Shown: positions 38,426 to 45,706 of the stretch, in pieces | How the letters are laid out: every line of letters begins with the position of its first letter | Position numbering within the stretch: the stretch's first letter is position 1 | Source of the DNA: Pristiophorus japonicus | Lineage: Eukaryota | NCBI RefSeq assembly: GCF_044704955.1 | Contig: NC_091980.1 | Location: 104,408,001-104,453,706, forward strand | Direction of reading: 5' to 3' | DNA length: 45,706 nucleotides | Notes under the pieces: generated by a model | What the model was told of the DNA's origin: nothing | What the model saw: the letters and a program-made list of their open reading frames with translations, nothing else | Database searches by the model: none | Position numbers and translations under genes: made by a program

Positions 38426-38833
38426 CTGTATTAACAGATCATTACACAAGTACGACTCAAATTCTATTGATGGGTCTGCAATTATCATCAATTCCTGCTT
38501 AAATGTACAAGAATACAGACAATTCTGTTAAGTGTTTCATCTTCAGGTTATGTTAAAATAAGCATATTATTAGTACCCAGAACATTTTGATAGGTCCAAT
38601 CAGACTTTTCATTCTCTCCATTTTGATGTTGAAAACGATTTCCTCCCTTAAACTTTAGTCCACCATATGCTGCACCACCATCAAGCTTGGACGTCAACAC
38701 AACTTCTTGCATAACTTCACTAAAGCTGGTCATCACTATATGTTTAACAGTGATTTGTGACATCAATGCTTGTGATTTGTGACATCAATGGCATTTCTAG
38801 TGCCATTTTATAAATATAGGTCATCACATCCCC

Positions 38834-38987
38834 TTGTCCATCATAAAGCCCATTCCTTCCCTCCCACCCCCTGGTTACTTGAATTTTTTTGAACTAACCA
38901 GCTGTTAGAAGATGCACCTGATGAGGATGTGTCAGCTTCTATGTCTTTCTCTGAAGACCAAGTAATTCCCACAGCCTGGCACATTGT
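38834..38987. repeat. 153-bp direct repeat, copy 2
   Basis: Roughly 90-95% identical by eye to 37366-37518. Confidence 0.9.
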
Positions 38988-39626
38988 AGACAATCTCCCC
39001 ACATTTGCAATCCATGTGAGTAATTAATCTCTTATTTTGCTCACACAAAAAAATGGAAACAAGATGTTTAACAACCCAACAGGTTTAATGATTTACATGG
39101 ATAGACAGTTCAACCAAAATTCTGTTTTGTGCATTGAGCTAAAGCTTAGTGGACTACTTCTAGATGCAGGAATTATTACAAATTCAAAAAACCTGAAGTT
39201 CTGAAATTTCAGCATATCATTCTGATTCCCGGCCAACTTAAAGGCCCAAAAATTGGAATCCAAGTTAAAATGTGCAGTCATACCACTGCACAAAAAAAAT
39301 GGTTTAATGCCAGTTTTTTGTAACCAATGAGAATTTAAGTAAGTCAGACACTTAATATTTTCTTGCATCTTCTGGAATTTGAAGAGTAAAAATCAGTTAG
39401 TTGTATCGCAATTTTACTTAAACTTGCTAACCAAAACAAATCACATGCTACCATCTCCAGTAGATTACCAACACACAGCAAGAAACTAAAATGTATGCTA
39501 TATTTTGTTATATAAATGCACAAAATTGATTTGTGTAATTACTCAAGTATACAAAAAAATTGTCAAGTGTTTTTTACTCTTTGGAATGAACATTACTGCA
39601 TTTCTTGAAAGTATTTCCACACTAAC

Positions 39627-39673
39627 CTGGTATACTTCTCCATTAACTGCAGCCAGGTCCTCTTCAAAACCAT
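39627..39673 (-). CDS. CLTB: Clathrin light chain, exon 2
   Basis: CTTCCAG|ATGGTTTT...TACCAG|GTTAGT; 47 nt; xGFEEDLAAVNGEVYQ, in phase with exon 3; length matches the recalled CLTB exon 2 rather than the shorter CLTA exon. Confidence 0.85.
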
Positions 39674-41287
39674 CTGGAAGTAAAGAGTTTCAAAAAAACT
39701 ATAACAGGATGCAATGGAATGTTTAATGATACACTTCAATTAATATTGTGGGATAACTGTCAATACAATTGCAACCAGCTTTAAAAGAGCACCACTAAAA
39801 ATGAGAAATTTTAAAAAAGTTAATCACTCACATGACAATTGCCATAGTTCAACTCTATCCCAAAAAGGTTAAACATGTATTTTTTTTCTTGAAGTCTCAG
39901 TCTGGAGGAAAGATCAGCAAGTTGTAACAAGCAGACTTAAGTGGAACACATGGCATAGCTTGTACTTAATGTGAACACGGGCTGAATTTGCGCAGTCAAC
40001 AATGAACCGTTACTTTGGCCATAAATGGGGTTCTGCACTGGAATGTACAGCAAATGAGATTCAAAAAGTGCAGCACCCTCGACAAAGCATGTGACCTGTG
40101 AACAGGGCAAGCAACTATCTCCTTAACCAACCAGACTGAAGAATTGTTAATGAGCAGCAGAGTATGAACTAGGAAGTATCTGTTACAATAGAGAATTCAA
40201 TGCAAATCAGGTATAAGTGAAATAAAGATTGGATTGAGAGACAGAAAACAAAAAAAGTTTCTAAATCTCCAAAATAATGAAAATCTGGAAGAATGAGATT
40301 CCACACTTATTTTTTTTTTTTTAAAAGTTAATTCTCAGTGCCAGAGAGCTTGTTTGGAAGTCATCAGTCCCGGCATGTACTGCCTCTTTAAGCAGTGTTG
40401 CAGCGGTGTATGTATGCGCAGCGACTGGCTGGAGCAAGTCAGTCAGTGCGGGCTCTGGTAGTGGTGGGGGACCATGCCCACAGGCTGCAAGCAGGAGCCA
40501 CACAGAGCGCGTACATGTTGCACAATGGCGCTGCCTGCAGCTCACTGTCTCTTCAGGGGCGAGTCCGTGAGGGAGGCTCTGATTCTCCGTCTCAGGATCC
40601 ATCACACACGCGTGCATCAGTACAAGGAGGCTGCCGCTTCCATCAGGTCAGGCTCTGCTCGCGGTTTACACACTGACTGGTGCCGGGAGTAGGTTCGTGG
40701 GTGGGAAGAGAGCCGGCGTCTCTCCTTGACCATCTCCGATCTCTAGTTTGTTTTGTGCACGTATGCATGTGAATTTGAGGTGCTGGTGTTCATTGAGGTA
40801 AGCAGGCAGGGCAAGCAGCTGACTTGAGGCGCCAAAGCTAGGCCTGATGATTTTTTTAAATTTTAATTAAAAAAAAGTGATTCTGGATGACAATTGCTGT
40901 GCAGTAGGCTTCTGAGCAGTGCATGCACAGAATGCATCTGGGTCGTTGTCACCAGCTGACCTCCCATGGTTCGGAAAAGTCTCTGGTCTGGCTGGTCAGG
41001 TCCCAAGGGCGCCGGACCAGAATGGTCCAACCTGTAATTAAGATTTGCCACGTCATAAAAAAAATATTTGCACTGGAATGGACAAGCCTCAACTTTCTCT
41101 GCAGTGTTTGGTTTGTAAATTAGTTAAGTACAGTAACTTCATGTGCCCCATTCAAATACATTGAATGGCAAGATGGCATATCAGCTTTTGGAGGAGTAGG
41201 GCATCAGACAGCAACTTTGATTTCCACATTTAACTGCGCACGTGCGGTCGCTGGAAGTTGCTGTCCGATTTCCCTGAAAATGTTGAG

Positions 41288-43735
41288 CGCTGACTTTAAT
41301 ATGCATATAGATTGGGCTAACCAAACTGGAAACAATAAGGTGGAGGAGGATTTCCTGGAGTGCATAAGGGTTGGTTTTCTAGACCAATATGTCAAGGAAC
41401 CAACTAGGGGGAGGCCATCTTAGACTGGGTGTTGTGTAATGAGGATTAATTAGCAATCTCGTTGTGCGAGGCCCCTTGGGGAAAAGTGACCATAATATAG
41501 TGGAATTCTGCTACATTAGGAAGAAGAAAACAGTTAATTCAGAGACCATGGTCCAGAACTTAAAGAAGGGTAACTTTGAAGGTATGAGGCGTGAATTGGC
41601 TAGGATAGATTAGCAAATGATACTTAAGGGGTTGACAGTGGATGGGCAATGGCAGACATTTAGAGACCGCATGGATGAACTACAAAAATTGTACATCCCT
41701 GTCTGGTGTAAAAATCAGAAAGGAAAGGTGGCTCAACCATGGCTGTCAAGGGAAATCAGGGATAGTATTAAAGCCAAGGAAGTGGCATACAAATTGGCCA
41801 GAAATAGCAGCGAACCCAGCGACTGGGAGAAATTTAGAACTCAGCAAAGGAGGACAAAGGGTTTGATTAGGGCAGAGAAAATAGAGTACAAGAGGAAGCG
41901 TGCAGGGAACATTAAAATGGACTGCAAAAGCTTCTATAGATATGTAGAGAAAAAGGTTAGTAAAGACAAACATAGGTACCCTGCAGTCAGAATCAGGGGA
42001 AGTCATAGCTGGGAACAAAGAAATGGCAGACCAATTGAACAAGTACTTTGGTTCGGTATTCACTAAGGAGGACACAAACAACCTACCGGATATAAAAAAG
42101 GGGTCAGAGGGTCTAGTGCAAAGGAAGAACTGAGGGAAATCGTGTTGGGGAAATTGATGGGATTGAAGGCCGATAAATCCCCAGGGCCTGATGGTCTGCA
42201 TCCCAAAGTAAGAGGTGGCCTTGGAAATAGCAGATGCATTGACAGTCATTTTCCAACATTCCATAGACTCTGGATCAGTTCCTATGGAGTGGAGAGTAGC
42301 CAATGTAACCCCACTTTTTTTTTTTTTTTTAAAAAAAGAGGGAGAAAAAACAGAATTATAGACTGGTCAGCCTGACATCAGTAGTGGGTAAAATGATGGA
42401 ATCAATTAAGGATGTCATAACAGCACATTTGGAAAGAGGTGACATGATAGGTCCAAGTCAGCATGGATTTGTGAAAGGGAAATCATGCTTGACAAACCTT
42501 CTGGAATTTTTTGAGGATGTTTCCAGTGGAGGACAAGGGAGAACCAGTTGATGTGTATTTGGACTTTCGACAAGGTCCCACACAAGAGATTAATGTGCAA
42601 AGTTAAAGCACATGGGATTGGGGGTAGTGTGCTGACATGGATTGAGAACTGGTTGTCAGACAGGAAGCAAAGAGTAGGAGTAAATGGGGACTTTTCAGAA
42701 TGGCAGGCAGTGACTAGTGGGGTACCGCAAGGTTCTGTGCTGGGGCCCCAGCTGTTTACACTGTACATTAATGATTTAGACGAGGGGATTAAATGTAGTA
42801 TCTCCAAATTTGCGGATGACACTAAGTTGGGTGGCAGTGTGAGCTGCGAGGAGGATGCTATGAGGCTGCAGAGCGACTTGGATAGGTTAGGTGAGTGGGC
42901 AAATGCATGGCAGATGAAGTATAATGTGGATAAATGTGAGGTTATCCACTTTGGTGGTAAAAACAGAGAGACAGACTATTATCTGAATGGTGACAGATTA
43001 GGAAAAGGGGAGGTGCAAAGAGACCTGGGTGTCATGGTACATCAGTCATTGAAGGTTGGCATGCAGGTACAGCAGGCGGTTAAGAAAGCAAATGGCATGT
43101 TGGCCTTCATAGCGAGGGGATTTGAGTACAGGGGCAGGGAGATGTTACGACAGTTGTACAGGGCCTTGGTGAGGCCACAACTGGAGTACTGTGTACAGTT
43201 TTGGTCTCCTAACTTGAGGAAGGACATTCTTGCTATTGAGGGAGTGCAGCAAAGGTTCACCAGACTGATTCCCAGGATGGCAGGACTGACATCAAGAAAG
43301 ACTGGCTCAACTGGGCTTGTATTCACAAGTTCAGAGGAATAAGAGGGGATCTCAGAAATGTTTAAAATTCTGACAGGTTTAGACAGGTTAGATGCAGGAA
43401 GAATGTTCCCAATGTTGGGCAAGTCCAGAACCAGGGGTCACAGTCTAAGGATAAGGGGTAAGCCATTTAGGACTGAGATGAGGCGAAACTTCTTCACCCA
43501 GAGTGGTGAACCTGTGGAATTCTCTACCACAGAAAGTTGTTGAGGCCAATTCACTAAATATATTCAAAAAGGAGTTCGATGTAGTCCTTACTACTAGGGG
43601 GATCAAGGGGTATGGCAAGAAAGCAGGAATGGGGAACTGAAGTTGCATGTTCAGCCATGAACTCATTGAATGGTGGTGCAGGCTCAAAGGGCCAAATGGC
43701 CTACTCCTGCACCTATTTTCTATGTTTCTATGTTT
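41288..43735 (+). mobile_element. CR1 family B LINE, ~2.4 kb (endonuclease end, RT, 3' tail), disabled
   Basis: DFNMHIDWANQ, SDHN, KSPGPDGLHP and the 264-aa ORF 42548-43342 with SGVPQGSVLGP..YINDLD..KFADDTK; tail TTCTATGTTTCTATGTTT; frameshifts present. Confidence 0.93.
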
Positions 43736-44519
43736 TTTTTTTAAATAGCTGCCTAGCAGTATTGACCTAGCGAGGAGACTGCCCATTTGCACTAGAATAT
43801 CTAAACCTTTGAAAAAAAAAAAATTAGATTTTTAGGATGCTGAATGAATCATCGTTTCCCTGAAGAGGGCAGAAGCAAGTAAAAATATCAGCAAATGGCA
43901 TGCAACTGAAGAGCTTGAATAAACTGAAATTTCAAGACAATGATTATTGCTCTCAACTGTGACTAAAATACAACCAAATACTAATAACTGGATCTAGAGA
44001 TCATGTGTTCAGATCACAATCCAATATGCCTATTGGGAGGTATTTGAATATGTAGCTAGTGCCAACAAGATACTCATTAAATTAAGATGGCTACATTTCA
44101 TTCTGGGAGGTCAAAACAACCCAAAAAACTCAAGTGTCTGACATCATTTCAAAATGAAATGTTAGTTCCATTTCAAGTACTTTGGCAAGTTTGGGATGGA
44201 ATTTCCTTTCTCCTCATTTATGCCAGCTTCCACACCAAACCTGCCAATGGCAACGTATACCAAAATTTCCTGAGAATATAATTAGCATATGCCAGAACAT
44301 AATCAGCATAAAACAAGCTAGGCCAGCATAAATAATTGGGTTTGAGGAAAGTGTGGAACATATGCCATCTTTCTTCTTGACATGAACATTAATATTTGAA
44401 GTCAAACCATCCTTTATCCACATGGAGCACATCACATTTAAGAAAATGCAACTGAATCTTAACGCAACAGATTCTGATGCGACATGAAAACATAGAAAAC
44501 ATTGCAAGTTGTGTGCACT

Positions 44520-45085
44520 TGTGTGTAAAGAGAAGTTATGTTGAATGAGCTGAGTGGGATATAACTAATGAGTTGATCTAAAGGAGATATTCAGAGGGGT
44601 GCCAAAAAGTGGGTTTTAGGAAGTCTTGGGGAAAGGAGGTAGAGATTAGGGCTTAGGTGGCTGAAGGCACTAATGCCAATGATGGAACCAAAAAAAGGGG
44701 GGGGAAGTGGGGGAATGCATGCACAAAAGGTCAGAGTCAGAAGCAATGGAGAGTTATGACAGGTAGGGCTAGAAGAGTTTACAGAGATATGGGGGAGGGG
44801 GTGGGGCAGGCAGGAACATGAAAAGGATTTAAACAAGGGTGAGAATTGTAAACTGGAGGTGTTGTGGGAGAAATCAGAGCCAATGCAAGTCAGCAAGGAC
44901 AGGAGTAATGGGTGAGCATGACATACAGGAAAAATTTGATGTGTACATAGCATGGACTATGAGCACTATAATAGTAGAGTCTGGCAGTGACAAAGACATG
45001 CACAAGTACTTCAGCAATAAATGGGCAGAAGCAAATGTAGGCAATGTTGAGAGTTGACAGGGGTCAGAAGCTGTAAGGGTTGAAA
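44520..45085 (-). mobile_element. Degenerate L2-like LINE 3' fragments
   Basis: Minus ORF shows HITPVLADLHWL-like and LPKTH motifs typical of L2 C-termini. Confidence 0.55.
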
Positions 45086-45089
45086 GAAG

Positions 45090-45706
45090 TGGATGCATTG
45101 GTTACAATCTTCCAAAATTCTAGATTCTGGAAAGGTCCCAGCAAATGTAACACCCCTATTCAAGAATGGAGGGAGATAAAGCAGGAAACGTTAGGCCTGT
45201 TGGGCCAACATCTGTCATTAGAAAAATGCTGGAATCCATTAAGGAAGTAGTAGCAGGACATTTTAGAAAATCAATGCAATCAAGCAGATTCAACATGGTT
45301 TTATGAAAGGGAAGTTGCATTTGACAAATTTATGAATTCTTTGAGGATGTAATGAGCAGGGTGGGTAAAGGAACCGGTGGATGTAGTATATATAGATTTC
45401 CATAAAGGCGTTCGATAAGGTGCCACATAAAAAGTTACTACACAAGATAAGAGCTCATGGTGTTGGGGGCAATATTAGCATGGAGAGGACTGGCTCGCTA
45501 AGAGAAAGCAGAGTTGGGATAAATGGGTCATTTTCAGGTTGGGGTGCCACAGGGATCAGTGGTGGGGCCACAACTATTTACAATCTATATTAATGACTTG
45601 GATGAAGAGACTGAGTAATGTAGCCAAGTTTGCTGATGATAAAGATGGGTGGGAAAGCAAATTGCAAGGACAAAATCTGCAAAGGGATATAGACAGGCTA
45701 AGTAAG
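45090..45706 (+). mobile_element. CR1 RT fragment running off the window
   Basis: Decayed QHGFMKG, KAFDKVPH, GVPQGSV.GPQLFTIYINDLD and KFADD motifs; similar to ~35925-36580. Confidence 0.85.

Noticed and set aside
38751-38790. Short tandem duplication TGATTTGTGACATCAATG
   Set aside because: Ordinary slippage duplication with no apparent function.
40380-40850. GC-rich patch as possible CLTB exon 1 or promoter
   Set aside because: No EEDPAAAFLAQQESEIAGIEND-like sequence seen on the minus strand; more likely a repeat insertion.
42548-43342. 264-aa reverse transcriptase ORF as a novel or domesticated gene (retron/DGR-like)
   Set aside because: Ordinary CR1 ORF2 fragment bounded by frameshifts, with a standard LINE tail.

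Overview
Vertebrate genomic DNA, most likely from a cartilaginous fish (shark); this is inferred from the repeat families and conservative protein sequences. It covers the NOP16-HIGD2A-CLTB gene neighbourhood. NOP16 coding exon 1 (minus, 5243-5349) sits head-to-head with the complete two-exon HIGD2A gene (plus, 5737-5884 and 10304-10470, 104 aa) across a 387-bp bidirectional promoter. A clathrin light chain gene in the CLTB position runs convergently on the minus strand: five coding exons are visible, including the 54-nt neuron-type exon, and exon 1 appears to lie beyond the window. Most of the rest is transposable-element debris: several CR1-type LINE families, L2 and RTE fragments, an internally deleted Gypsy LTR element, TIR/MITE elements and microsatellites. 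Nearly all ORFs in the supplied track are TE fragments or noise. The most notable observations are: (1) a clathrin light chain with CLTB position and exon sizes but a strongly CLTA-like C-terminal sequence; (2) young inverted CR1 copies bracketing the frame-neutral exons 2-3, a back-splicing-prone layout; (3) a 153-bp hairpin-forming direct repeat flanking exon 3; (4) a symmetric promoter motif pair; and (5) several small templated rearrangements. I found no convincing wholly new biological system. All comparisons to human proteins are from memory and need alignment.
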